Below are positions 37,495 to 46,535 of a stretch of DNA of 64,000 nt, piece by piece; the stretch's first letter is position 1, and every line of letters begins with the position of its first letter. Source of the stretch: Acidobacteriota bacterium (GTDB lineage: Bacteria; Acidobacteriota; UBA6911); contig OY761556.1 of NCBI GenBank assembly GCA_963664705.1, positions 6,272,001 to 6,336,000 of the forward strand, written 5' to 3'. The notes beneath the pieces are model-generated. The model was not told the DNA's origin, did no database searches, and saw only the letters and a list, made by a program, of their open reading frames with translations. The translations under genes and the position numbers were made by a program.

Positions 37495-39526
37495 AGGCGT
37501 GACAACGAGTGAGCCGTCAGTATCACCTATAGCGCCGTGCAATGTTTCGACGTTTGCGACGTTAACCTCTCCTGAGGGGAATCTGGTGATCGATTCTGCG
37601 GCGATACGGTCCGCGAATTCAACTGGGGTAAATCCCAACGTCGAGTTTTGCCGACTCAAGGCTCACATCCATACCGCCAACACGCATGCTGCGAGTGAGA
37701 CCGATAAGGAAATCCAGATTGAGATTCGGCTTCCTTATAGCTCAAATCGCAGATATCTACAGTATGGGGGGACCGCCTATGACGGAAGTATTGGCGGAAG
37801 CCAGTATGCGCCGCTCAGTGGATTTGCGAGCTCTCTATTCAATACCGATGTTCCCACCTACAATACGGGTTCTGCGCCACTTGCCGCTGTGCCTCTGCCT
37901 GTTCAGCCGCTGAACCGCGGGTTTACTATTGCGGCGACCGACTCAGGGCATGTCGGCGCAACCAATGCCGATTCCAGCTACTTAAACCACCCGAATGGGC
38001 GGGATCGTTATACCAATTTTGCTTACCGGGCAAGACATCTCCTGGCTGTCACCGCCAAAAGTGCAATGGCCTTGTATTATGGTCAAGCACCTCTTTACTC
38101 CTATCATGCCGGCAACTCGGCGGGAGGACGACATGGACTGATTGAGGCGAACCGCTATCCGAATGAATTCAACGGAGTACTCGCGATAACCATTGGCGCC
38201 ACAGAAGGCGTTCGGCCGGCATGGCTTCGAAATATGCAAAAGCAGTTCCCGGTTGATACCGCTCATCCGGTGATTCCATTTAGTGCTGCAACGACTCCCA
38301 GCGCCCTGCTCGCAGCACTGGGTAACGCCACAATGGAAAAGTGTGATGCACAGGACGGTCTTGCCGATGGATTTCTTTCTGATCCGGCAACCTGTAACTT
38401 TGATATCGATACGGCCGGTATTTCGTGCCCGGATGACATTGCCGGATCCACCTGCTTGACGGCTGCGCAAAGAGAAGTCCTCAAGAGTCTCTACAGCCCG
38501 ACCATTCTAAATGGAACAACGGTCTACCCAAGCTTTCTGCCTGGCTATCAAGGGGATCCCGCGCTCGAATTTGGGAATCGATTCACGGGCAATAACGCCT
38601 CAACTTTACCGTCTCAGTACAACCTTTTTGATGGCGTCGCCAAGTATTTTTTCTTCGGGGATGTAGCGCGCACGATTTGGAATATCGACCTGGAGAATCC
38701 GGCGGATATGGATGCGTTTTTCAGCGCAATAACCCCGGCAGGCTTTGATCAAAGATTGCAATTAATCACGCCGGATCTGTCCGCCTTCAGAGCGAACGGC
38801 GGCAAATTGATTCTCTTCCATTCACTCATGGATCCGCTGTTATCGCCAATGTCCACGCTCGAGTTTTATCAACAGATGGCGGAGGTTTCCGGTGGTTTGA
38901 ATGCCACTCGCGAATTCGCTCGACTATTCCTGGTCCCGGGAATCGGACACATCGGTCGTCCGACCGCCGCTGGGGCGTACGGCCCGCTGGACTATCTGGC
39001 AGCACTTGAAGATTGGGTTGAGCGGGGGATTGCGCCTGAAACGCTGACGGGAGCGAACCCTCAGAATGCTGCCATGACTCGTCCTTTCTGCGCCTATCCG
39101 TTCAAAGCCGTCTACACAGGCGCTCCTGGGGATATCGGTGCAATGAATGTGGCTAGTAACTTTGGGTGTCGTTTCTATGATTTCGGCGGTTTTTTGAGCC
39201 CGGTGGATAACCTTCCGGCGGTCAATGAAGTGAAAGCGGGACAGGCGGTGCCCGTAAAATTCAGCCTGGGTGGTGATTGGGGGCTGAATATTTTCGCGGA
39301 AGGTTTTCCAATGACGGAACAAATCGCCTGTAATTCCGGCGCTCCGGCGGACAACAGCCAGGCAGCCGTAACCGCAGGGTCGACGCAGCTGAAATATGAT
39401 GCTGCCACTCATAAATACACCTACGTGTGGAAGACTGACAAAAGCTGGCAGCCAGGCACGTGCAGACAGTTGATCATGAGATTGAACGAAGGTACGACGC
39501 TGCGAGCGAACTTCAAGCTGAAGTAA
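37394..39526 (+). CDS. Tannase/feruloyl-esterase-family hydrolase with C-terminal PxKF domain
   Basis: ATDSGH, GNSAGGR, CDAQDGLADG, PDLSAFRANGGKLI, RLFLVPG.GH; tail GQAVPVKFSL...YVWKT. Confidence 0.88.
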   Translation: MSKKRRLNIRSLLGMLPLSFIGLALLNCAQPLSAGVTTSEPSVSPIAPCNVSTFATLTSPEGNLVIDSAAIRSANSTGVNPNVEFCRLKAHIHTANTHAASETDKEIQIEIRLPYSSNRRYLQYGGTAYDGSIGGSQYAPLSGFASSLFNTDVPTYNTGSAPLAAVPLPVQPLNRGFTIAATDSGHVGATNADSSYLNHPNGRDRYTNFAYRARHLLAVTAKSAMALYYGQAPLYSYHAGNSAGGRHGLIEANRYPNEFNGVLAITIGATEGVRPAWLRNMQKQFPVDTAHPVIPFSAATTPSALLAALGNATMEKCDAQDGLADGFLSDPATCNFDIDTAGISCPDDIAGSTCLTAAQREVLKSLYSPTILNGTTVYPSFLPGYQGDPALEFGNRFTGNNASTLPSQYNLFDGVAKYFFFGDVARTIWNIDLENPADMDAFFSAITPAGFDQRLQLITPDLSAFRANGGKLILFHSLMDPLLSPMSTLEFYQQMAEVSGGLNATREFARLFLVPGIGHIGRPTAAGAYGPLDYLAALEDWVERGIAPETLTGANPQNAAMTRPFCAYPFKAVYTGAPGDIGAMNVASNFGCRFYDFGGFLSPVDNLPAVNEVKAGQAVPVKFSLGGDWGLNIFAEGFPMTEQIACNSGAPADNSQAAVTAGSTQLKYDAATHKYTYVWKTDKSWQPGTCRQLIMRLNEGTTLRANFKLK

Positions 39527-39572
39527 ATGACAGCTGGCTGCGTCCTGCCCTTGCGTGCGCATGCTACGTCGA

Positions 39573-39616
39573 CGGTGGAAGTGCGCGGCTCCACGCGGGC
39601 GCCGCGCACTTCACCG
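39573..39616. terminator. Long hairpin between convergent genes
   Basis: CGGTGGAAGTGCGCGGC...GCCGCGCACTTCACCG. Confidence 0.5.
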
Positions 39617-39882
39617 GAGGCGTAGAGTCCCGTTTGTGATCTACTCCGCCTTTGGGGCGTCCACATAAGAGAAGCGATTCGGGCATAATTACACCATACG
39701 CTCCCTGTAAATTAGGGTGTACATTGACAAATTGCGGGTGAGCACGAATGGAAGGCATCGGCTTGCTCATGCAGGAAGGATGAATTTACGGGAAAATACT
39801 TGCTTCGCCGACAGCTGAGCGAACTTGCATCAGTATGAACAGAGCTTCTGGCGGAGGTCTCAGCCTCACTGGTGACCACTCA

Positions 39883-41547
39883 TCAGGGTTCCCAGCGGAG
39901 GCAGCCTCGTTGGAGCGCGGTGACTTCCACCGATTCCAGCATCACATTAAAGCCAGTCGATAGATCCACCTCTCGGGTGCCGGTGAGTCGACGGATTTCG
40001 TGTTCGAAACGCACAGGGTTACATCGATGAAGGACTTTCCAATAGTCCATGATTGCTTCGCGTCGCAGCTTTAGAAGAGTGTTAGTAGGAAGGCGGTCAT
40101 GCTTGTCCCGGTTGACCCTTGGATCGGCAGGGAGCAGGTTCCAAAGATCGTTGTTGTGCCAGAGCGAAAATGGCAGTACATGATCGACATCGAAACTTCG
40201 GCTTAGTGTCTTGCCTGTCCAGACGCATACCTTGGAGTCGAGGTCCTGGTAAGCCCGCCTTGCATCTTGGACGTTACGTTCGTAAACGGGCGCGCGCAGT
40301 AATCGATCGATGACCTCGCTTGGACTAACTGTCTTTCTGGAAATTTCAGCGGTCAACTCTCCCCAACGCAAAATCAGAGCATCCTGAATCCAGTGCCCTG
40401 AAAGGCACAGTTCGCGCCAGATATCCCCGCTGACAATCATTCGGCGGCGGTCATTTTCATAGGAGAAGAGTTGTCCGCCCCGTGAAGATCGACCCGCATG
40501 CGTGACGGGACCTTCCTTGATAACGGGGATCAGTTTATTGAATGCAGCCTTGACGAGCTCTCTTTGCTGCCCATTTAAGGAATCATTTCGGAGGGCAATT
40601 GCGAATCCATCCAGGCCGCCCGATCGACTGAATGCTGTGATCAGTTCCTCAAGCTGACGACGAAACCCGATGCGCAGGTGGCCGCCGGCACTTTCCCCAC
40701 GAATCTGGGGAATGAAGGATGAGGAGTCCTCAAAAAGAGGCCAATAGTAATAGATCCAGCGTTCGGCAATATCGTGCACGGGCACGGAGACACGGCCATC
40801 CGGTAGCCATTCAGCAAGATGAAAGTTTGTTTGCGCAATGTCGCAAAGAGCGCGGAAGAGGGCGAGCTTGTATGTTGCCACCTTCCGGTCCCTATTCAGT
40901 ACGCCCTCGATTCGATCAATGGGGCGGAGCGCCTGATCTGAACGGAGTTCAAAGAGCAAAGTCGTCCAGCTGATTCCTGATCTGCCGAGACTGTCGGTGT
41001 CTATCCATGTACCGATGCGCTGGAATCCGAGGCGTTCGAAAAGAAGCTCGAGTTCCTCGGGGACCAGTTGCGTAAAGAGCCTGCCGCCTTCGTCGCGTCT
41101 CGATGCGTCAATTCCGGGACGGTCCTTGGGAATCGACAATAACAAGCGGCCGTTCGCCTTCAGCAAATTGCGAATATCAAAAGCGGCATCGAATTGCTGT
41201 TCACGCGGAATGTGCTGGAAAACTGCGCAGCACAGGATGCCATCGAATTTGCGTCCAATTCGGCCAGCCAGGTCCGGTAATGCTCCAGCCCAAATCCGAC
41301 CCGCAAGGCCTGGTGTCTGCAGCGCAAGCTCCCGCAGCCTAAGGCTCGGTTCCGCGCCATAAGCTTCATACTTCTCACTGATCAGAATGTCCATGTCCCG
41401 ACCTGAGCCCGCGCCTATGTCGAGAATTTCTGAACCTGGCGGAAATGCAACTTTGAAGTACTTCGCCGGACCACTATTAGTTCTCGAATAAGTGGCGAAG
41501 AGCTCATCGCTGTGGTCGTCGTAGTACTGAATTGTTTTGGGATCCAT
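39883..41547 (-). CDS. Class I SAM methyltransferase - HNH endonuclease fusion
   Basis: ILDIGAGSGRD at N-terminus; ATYKLAL; CVWTG..DVDHVLPFSLWHNNDLWNLLPA..VN. Confidence 0.85.
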   Translation of the reverse strand: MDPKTIQYYDDHSDELFATYSRTNSGPAKYFKVAFPPGSEILDIGAGSGRDMDILISEKYEAYGAEPSLRLRELALQTPGLAGRIWAGALPDLAGRIGRKFDGILCCAVFQHIPREQQFDAAFDIRNLLKANGRLLLSIPKDRPGIDASRRDEGGRLFTQLVPEELELLFERLGFQRIGTWIDTDSLGRSGISWTTLLFELRSDQALRPIDRIEGVLNRDRKVATYKLALFRALCDIAQTNFHLAEWLPDGRVSVPVHDIAERWIYYYWPLFEDSSSFIPQIRGESAGGHLRIGFRRQLEELITAFSRSGGLDGFAIALRNDSLNGQQRELVKAAFNKLIPVIKEGPVTHAGRSSRGGQLFSYENDRRRMIVSGDIWRELCLSGHWIQDALILRWGELTAEISRKTVSPSEVIDRLLRAPVYERNVQDARRAYQDLDSKVCVWTGKTLSRSFDVDHVLPFSLWHNNDLWNLLPADPRVNRDKHDRLPTNTLLKLRREAIMDYWKVLHRCNPVRFEHEIRRLTGTREVDLSTGFNVMLESVEVTALQRGCLRWEP

Positions 41548-41668
41548 TGGACAGTCATTGTAAAGCCGGCCTGCAAAATGAGGTAGAAAAATGGATGTTC
41601 AGCCCAGAAGGAGATTGAGCACGGCGACATGATCGTCGTAGGATAAAGGCATTCAGAGCGAGACAACA

Positions 41669-42076
41669 ATGCCCGGACACATTCACGTTACATGTGCCAT
41701 CATCCGCCGCCGCGGCTATGTTCTTGCGGCCCGGAGAAGCTCCACCATGAGCATGCCGCTCAAGTGGGAATTTCCTGGCGGGAAGATTCACGAAGGTGAA
41801 ACTCTCGAAGAATGCCTGCGCCGTGAACTGATCGAAGAATTGGGCATAAAAACGCGAATAGGCCCGGCGCTGCCGCCGACAACTCACCAATACCCGGATT
41901 TCATGATTACTCTGTACCCTTTCATTTGTGTCATAGAATCCGGAGATCCGATAACGCACGAGCATGCCGAAGTTGCATGGCTTAGACCGGACGAGCTTCC
42001 TCTTCTGGATTGGGCGGATGCTGACCGTCCGGTGGTGAAGTCGTTCCTGGCAATGCAATCTGAGGATTCTGAATGA
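41669..42076 (+). CDS. NUDIX (MutT/NudG-like) dNTP pyrophosphohydrolase
   Basis: WEFPGGKIHEGETLEECLRRELIEELG Nudix box. Confidence 0.92.
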   Translation: MPGHIHVTCAIIRRRGYVLAARRSSTMSMPLKWEFPGGKIHEGETLEECLRRELIEELGIKTRIGPALPPTTHQYPDFMITLYPFICVIESGDPITHEHAEVAWLRPDELPLLDWADADRPVVKSFLAMQSEDSE

Positions 42077-42252
42077 CCCGTCCTCTGCACCATGGAATTT
42101 ACGAGGCTCTGCTGGACCGTGACCTGAAAGAGGCGCTGGAACGCCATCCCGAGCTTCGATCTGTCCTGGGGAAAATCGATTTCGAAGAGCAGCCGGCGCG
42201 CTATGCCGCTTTTCTTGCTGTGGTCATTGAACGACCCGTTGCGAGATGCTGA
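42073..42252 (+). pseudogene. Truncated N-terminus, probably of a PLD-helicase-DUF3427 protein
   Basis: ATGA overlap with NUDIX gene; GIYEALLDRDLKEALERHPELRSVLGKIDFEEQPARYAAF, stop after 59 aa; family assignment from memory. Confidence 0.5.
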
Positions 42253-42705
42253 AATAACGTCAGTACAACAGCTGACATATACACTCACGCCTCCGAGGCC
42301 TTGGAGCGGGAATCTGTTGCTGCCTTGGAACGATCCATTTTCGGAAGCTGTGCGCGATTCGGAACCGCGAACAAGAATTTAGTGAATTCACATTTTGTAA
42401 TGAAAGGTCCCAAGTGCTTCCGACTTGCTCGATTTTAAGTGTTTGCGCGATTGGACCATGAGTAAATCTCTGCAGTGCCGATAAGATTCAGGAATACAAT
42501 ATGGATCCATACTTTCTCGGACAAGGCCATAACATTCAGATTCTCGAGCCGTATAAACTTACTGGGAACGCCAACGCGCTGCCGGGATAGCGTGGCCGAG
42601 GCCTTTTCTCTGTGGAAACACATGATGGTCTCACATCCGGAGATCAGCGATCAGGTCGAAAGCTGATAGGTTAGATTGCATTCTTACCACGAGTAGAGGG
42701 TCTCA

Positions 42706-43158
42706 ATGCTCAAGTTCCGGTCGGCAGGATGTAAATGGTGGAACAAGCCCCTTGTCCTATTCAAAGGCCGCCCCCTTCCCGCTGAGCTGGCAATTTTGTC
42801 ATTAGAGATGGGTTCCGATGAGTTGGGGGCCTGGCTTAACTCAAGGGGTACTAAATCCGGAGTTGTCGATCTGCTCACTGCAGAGTTGGACAGCTCATAT
42901 CGAACACAAAGAATACAACTTCCTGCTTTTGTCTCAAGCATTCTGGCAAATTTATACGATGTAGCTCAAGTTGCAAAGGGTTGTCCCGATCTCGTGATTT
43001 GGAACCCTCTTGCGTCTGTAGTTCGGCTCGTTGAGGTCAAGTGTCCGCATTGGGACAAACCGAGTGCTGAGCAAGAGCAGTTCTTGTGCACTGCCAAGTC
43101 TGTAGGCGTAAATGCAAAAATTGTGGAGTGGGAATTGAGCATCGGCAAAAGCACTTAG
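42706..43158 (+). CDS. VRR-NUC (PD-(D/E)XK) nuclease domain protein
   Basis: GCPDL...LVEVK.P..DKPSAEQ. Confidence 0.75.
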   Translation: MLKFRSAGCKWWNKPLVLFKGRPLPAELAILSLEMGSDELGAWLNSRGTKSGVVDLLTAELDSSYRTQRIQLPAFVSSILANLYDVAQVAKGCPDLVIWNPLASVVRLVEVKCPHWDKPSAEQEQFLCTAKSVGVNAKIVEWELSIGKST

Positions 43159-43199
43159 GCATGCACGACGGCTCGTTACCGGGGGTATGGGAGGATTCA

Positions 43200-43613
43200 A
43201 TGCGGAAGCTCATTGTACTGTCGATTGTCGGCGTCCTTCTTTTAGCAGGCTGCAGTTTAGTTCAGACCGGGTCCAGTTCGGCGGACCAAGAGATCGCGGA
43301 TGCCTTTGCCAATCACCAGAGTGGCGTGCTGGTATCTGGCTCGGGTGTTGTCGATCGAGTCCTCTCGGATGACACGGAAGGTGCGCGTCACCAGCGTTTC
43401 ATCTTGCGTCTTGGGTCTGGCCAGACGCTGCTGATAGCTCACAACATTGATATTGCGCCCCGGGTCAGCGGGTTGTCCGTGGGCGATTTGGTCGAGTTCA
43501 GCGGGCAGTATGAGTGGAATGACAAGGGCGGCGTCGTCCACTGGACGCATCATGATCCCAGCGGCCATCATCAAGCAGGGTGGCTTAAACACGGGAGCGA
43601 AACTTACCAGTAG
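43200..43613 (+). CDS. DUF3465-like lipoprotein
   Basis: Lipobox LLLAGC; DD..G.RHQRFI, AHNID.APR, HWTHHDP. Confidence 0.8.
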   Translation: MRKLIVLSIVGVLLLAGCSLVQTGSSSADQEIADAFANHQSGVLVSGSGVVDRVLSDDTEGARHQRFILRLGSGQTLLIAHNIDIAPRVSGLSVGDLVEFSGQYEWNDKGGVVHWTHHDPSGHHQAGWLKHGSETYQ

Positions 43614-43786
43614 TCGCGGCCTGCAATTGCCTACACTCTTGAAGATGATTAGGCAAGATGAAATAACTCAGGACTTTGGGGGCAACGGCTCTATCTTCTT
43701 TCGAAAATTGGCCTTTGATCGCATTTTGCCACTCTTATCGATCAGGGATTTGTGGAAAGGCTTCGGAAATTGCGTAGTAGTGTCAC

Positions 43787-44119
43787 CTACGCGACCTCTT
43801 TCACTTTTGACGACTTGGACCTTCTCGTTTGGGGTTCAATGGACAGTTTTAATCCCATGGCCTGCAGCAACATCAAGATGCTCTTGATTTCCGGATTGCC
43901 ATTTTTGGAAAGCATTTTGTAAAGGCTTTCCCGGTTCAGCTTGGATTTCCGAGAAAGTGCGGTCATGCCCCCGCGAGCCTCCGCCACATTCCGCAAGGCC
44001 AGAAGGAACAGTTCACGATCGCCTTCTTCTATTGCAGCATTCAAATACGCAGCAGCTTCACGGGGATCCTTAAGAGCTTCAATAAGGTCCTCCTGATAGG
44101 TGGTGATCTTCTTACTCAT
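43787..44119 (-). CDS. Addiction-module antidote (HigA-like, TIGR02684-type HTH)
   Basis: AAAYLNAA, ALRNVAEARGGM, LNRESLYKMLS..GNP. Confidence 0.88.
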   Translation of the reverse strand: MSKKITTYQEDLIEALKDPREAAAYLNAAIEEGDRELFLLALRNVAEARGGMTALSRKSKLNRESLYKMLSKNGNPEIKSILMLLQAMGLKLSIEPQTRRSKSSKVKEVA

Positions 44120-44453
44120 CGCTGCTTCTCCTTTTATAGCCCTGCCAATAAACCTTCGCTTGTGCGATGTCCTTCTTTTGGGATGATTTATCTCCGCCCA
44201 GCAAAAGCAGAACAACTGTTTTCTGCTTCAAACCGTAATACACGCGATATCCTGGTCCATAATCGATCTTCAGTTCATAGACGCCCTCTCCCACAGAACG
44301 ATTTTTGCCGAGATTACCAAGGCGAACCCTGTCGAGCCTGATTCTAATCTTCTGCCGCGCCGTAATGTCCTTGAGGTCGTCCAACCACTCCTTGAACGGC
44401 TTCCCGTCCTTCTCCGTCAGATAATAGGATATCGTGTAGGGGTAATTATCTAC
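44112..44453 (-). CDS. RelE/HigB-like addiction-module toxin (start codon doubtful)
   Basis: PFKEWL, GNLG...VGEGVYELKIDYGPGYRVYY, LLLGGDKSSQKKDI; expected start position reads GTA. Confidence 0.8.
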   Translation of the reverse strand, partial: VDNYPYTISYYLTEKDGKPFKEWLDDLKDITARQKIRIRLDRVRLGNLGKNRSVGEGVYELKIDYGPGYRVYYGLKQKTVVLLLLGGDKSSQKKDIAQAKVYWQGYKRRSSDE

Positions 44454-44455
44454 GA

Positions 44456-44487
44456 GCCTATTTGTAGCATAAAAGCTACAAATAGGC
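44456..44487. promoter_or_regulatory. Toxin-antitoxin operator palindrome
   Basis: Perfect 13-bp IR GCCTATTTGTAGC-N6-GCTACAAATAGGC. Confidence 0.7.
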
Positions 44488-44670
44488 AGCAGTCTTTGGA
44501 ATGGCTGCAAGACTCAGAAATCCAAGGCGCACCTTCTGGCTGCACGCGGTGTTTTCGCTGGATAGCCAAACGAAGGGGTTCAACTGATAACAAATGTAAA
44601 AGTGTGGACAGATTGTCTCACTGGAGGGGTTCACCCCATACCTATGTGTCCGGGATGGACCAATGTGATT

Positions 44671-44716
44671 TGGTAGCGACGGGTGGAATCGAACCACCGA
44701 CCTTGGGGTTATGAAT
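44671..44716 (-). tRNA. 3' fragment of tRNA-Met(CAT); att site, not a complete gene
   Basis: ATTCATAACCCCAAGGTCGGTGGTTCGATTCCACCCGTCGCTACCA; anticodon loop, T-arm and CCA present, no 5' half. Confidence 0.8.
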
Positions 44717-45372
44717 TTGGGTTTAAAATGCCCCGTCCTTCTTTCTCAATGATTTACGGGCACTTACGTATACGGTTTTCCCCCCTGTTCTGGGATATTC
44801 TGTTCGCGATCTGTTCGCGGTCCCGTTCCCAAGATGCAAATGGATTTCAATGAAGATATTTTCTCGGTAATCGTGAATCAAGTCCTCGATACTTCTTAGC
44901 ATAAGTTTCAAGTGAATTAGCACTGAGAACTAAGGTCCACCAACTCAGATATATCTTAGGTAAATCGCTAAGAATGGATTTTTTGATAACAAAATTCCAT
45001 AGCAAAGCAATTATTCTTTACCAACTTTGGTCCGTTTGACTCTGGGCTACCTTGTTCATTATCCACGTTAAAAGGATATCGCTGCTACTCTAGGCCCAGG
45101 CTTGGTAGAATTCCCACCCTCGAGCACATGCGGGATTTATATTCCCTAGGATAGGATCTGAGTTGAAAACGAGCGTGCCCAATGGCTTAAAGGCCACCTC
45201 GCTCGGAGAATATACCTACGAAAACTTGTGATATAGTAAGCGCCCGTGACTGAACGCACACCCAAAACACTTGAGTTGACATACTACAAGCTGCAAAGGA
45301 GAATCCATTTTGAAAATTGGTTTTCTGTTTCTTCCAATCGGCTGAATATGCCAAATATCTAGAGGAGCATGG

Positions 45373-46524
45373 ATGATGAGAAGAATGTTATTGGCGGTGT
45401 TCTTCACGTTCCTTCTATTTGCTGGTCTGTTTGGCTGCCGCCGAATGCAAAAACAACCTAGCATTCAGATCGGAGCGATCCTCAGCCTCACAGGCCGTGG
45501 CAGCCAGTATGGAAAAGCCTCACTTCAGGGCATTCAAGTGGCGGTGGATGAGATGAATAAAGCCGGAGGCGTTCACGGTCACAAGATAGAACTTATTGTC
45601 GAGAATTCCCTGTCCGAAGCAAAGAACGCAGTCGCCTCCTACCAAAAACTCCTTGATGTGGACAAGGTCTGCGCAGTTATAGGTCCTATACTGAGTGACG
45701 AGGTCCTTGCGGTCGCCCCTGAAGCCAACCGGCGAAAAGTCCTGATTATCGCGCCGGCTGCGGGCACCGACAAGATCGCAACGGCAGGTCCATGGGTATT
45801 CAGAAATCGCGAGAGCGCCAATCTTCAGTCTGTAGAGATTGCGGACTTTCTTTTAAAAAAGCAACAACCGCTCCGCCTTGGCATTCTCTTTTCCATGACT
45901 GCTAACGCCATTTCCTATAAGGACGCTCTGTTGGAGGCCCTTGGTGCAAGGAAGAACATGGTGATGGTCCAGGAATCCTTTGCTGAGGGGCAGACCGACT
46001 TTAAGACTATTCTTGCAAAGCTTAAAAAAGCCAACCCAACTCATGTTTTTGTCGCAGGCCTTGCCCCGGAAATTGCGCGAGTGTTAGTACAAGCCGGGGA
46101 GACCCGCCTCGATACAAAATGGCTTTCTACTGCGGGCGCCCACGATCAGAAACTCCTAGAAATTGCAGGTGCATCAGCTGAAGGACTGGTCTTCGGCTTG
46201 CCCGTTCTTAATGCAGCAGATCCTGCTTCTCCTGCGGGGAAATTAGATTCTGAATTGAAGCGACGATTCAAGTCTAGCCTTGACATGTTTTCAGCCAACG
46301 CATATGACGCGGTCCACCTCCTTGCCCGGGCCGCCACATTGTCAGGATCCGAACCAGACCAGATTCGCAAGGGCCTACTACAGATCAAAAATTTCCCTGG
46401 TGCTGGAGGCAATACGACCTTCATCACTCCTGGAACAGTCATTAAACCAATTACATTAATGCAAGTTCGCAACGGGGTGTTCGCGCCCTACTTTGTCGAA
46501 ACAAAAATGCCTCGACTGAAATAA
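45373..46524 (+). CDS. LivJ/LivK-family ABC substrate-binding lipoprotein
   Basis: Lipobox GLFGC; IGAILSLTG, N.AGGV.G, AVIGP, WVFRN, AYDAV. Confidence 0.88.
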   Translation: MMRRMLLAVFFTFLLFAGLFGCRRMQKQPSIQIGAILSLTGRGSQYGKASLQGIQVAVDEMNKAGGVHGHKIELIVENSLSEAKNAVASYQKLLDVDKVCAVIGPILSDEVLAVAPEANRRKVLIIAPAAGTDKIATAGPWVFRNRESANLQSVEIADFLLKKQQPLRLGILFSMTANAISYKDALLEALGARKNMVMVQESFAEGQTDFKTILAKLKKANPTHVFVAGLAPEIARVLVQAGETRLDTKWLSTAGAHDQKLLEIAGASAEGLVFGLPVLNAADPASPAGKLDSELKRRFKSSLDMFSANAYDAVHLLARAATLSGSEPDQIRKGLLQIKNFPGAGGNTTFITPGTVIKPITLMQVRNGVFAPYFVETKMPRLK

Positions 46525-46535
46525 AGGTTCGCCTA

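Noticed and set aside
42300-42700. Short ORFs after the truncated helicase start
   Set aside because: No motifs recognised; probably decayed sequence
44640-44750. Complete tRNA gene
   Set aside because: No D-arm or 5' acceptor strand complementary to the 3' end; only the 3' half is present
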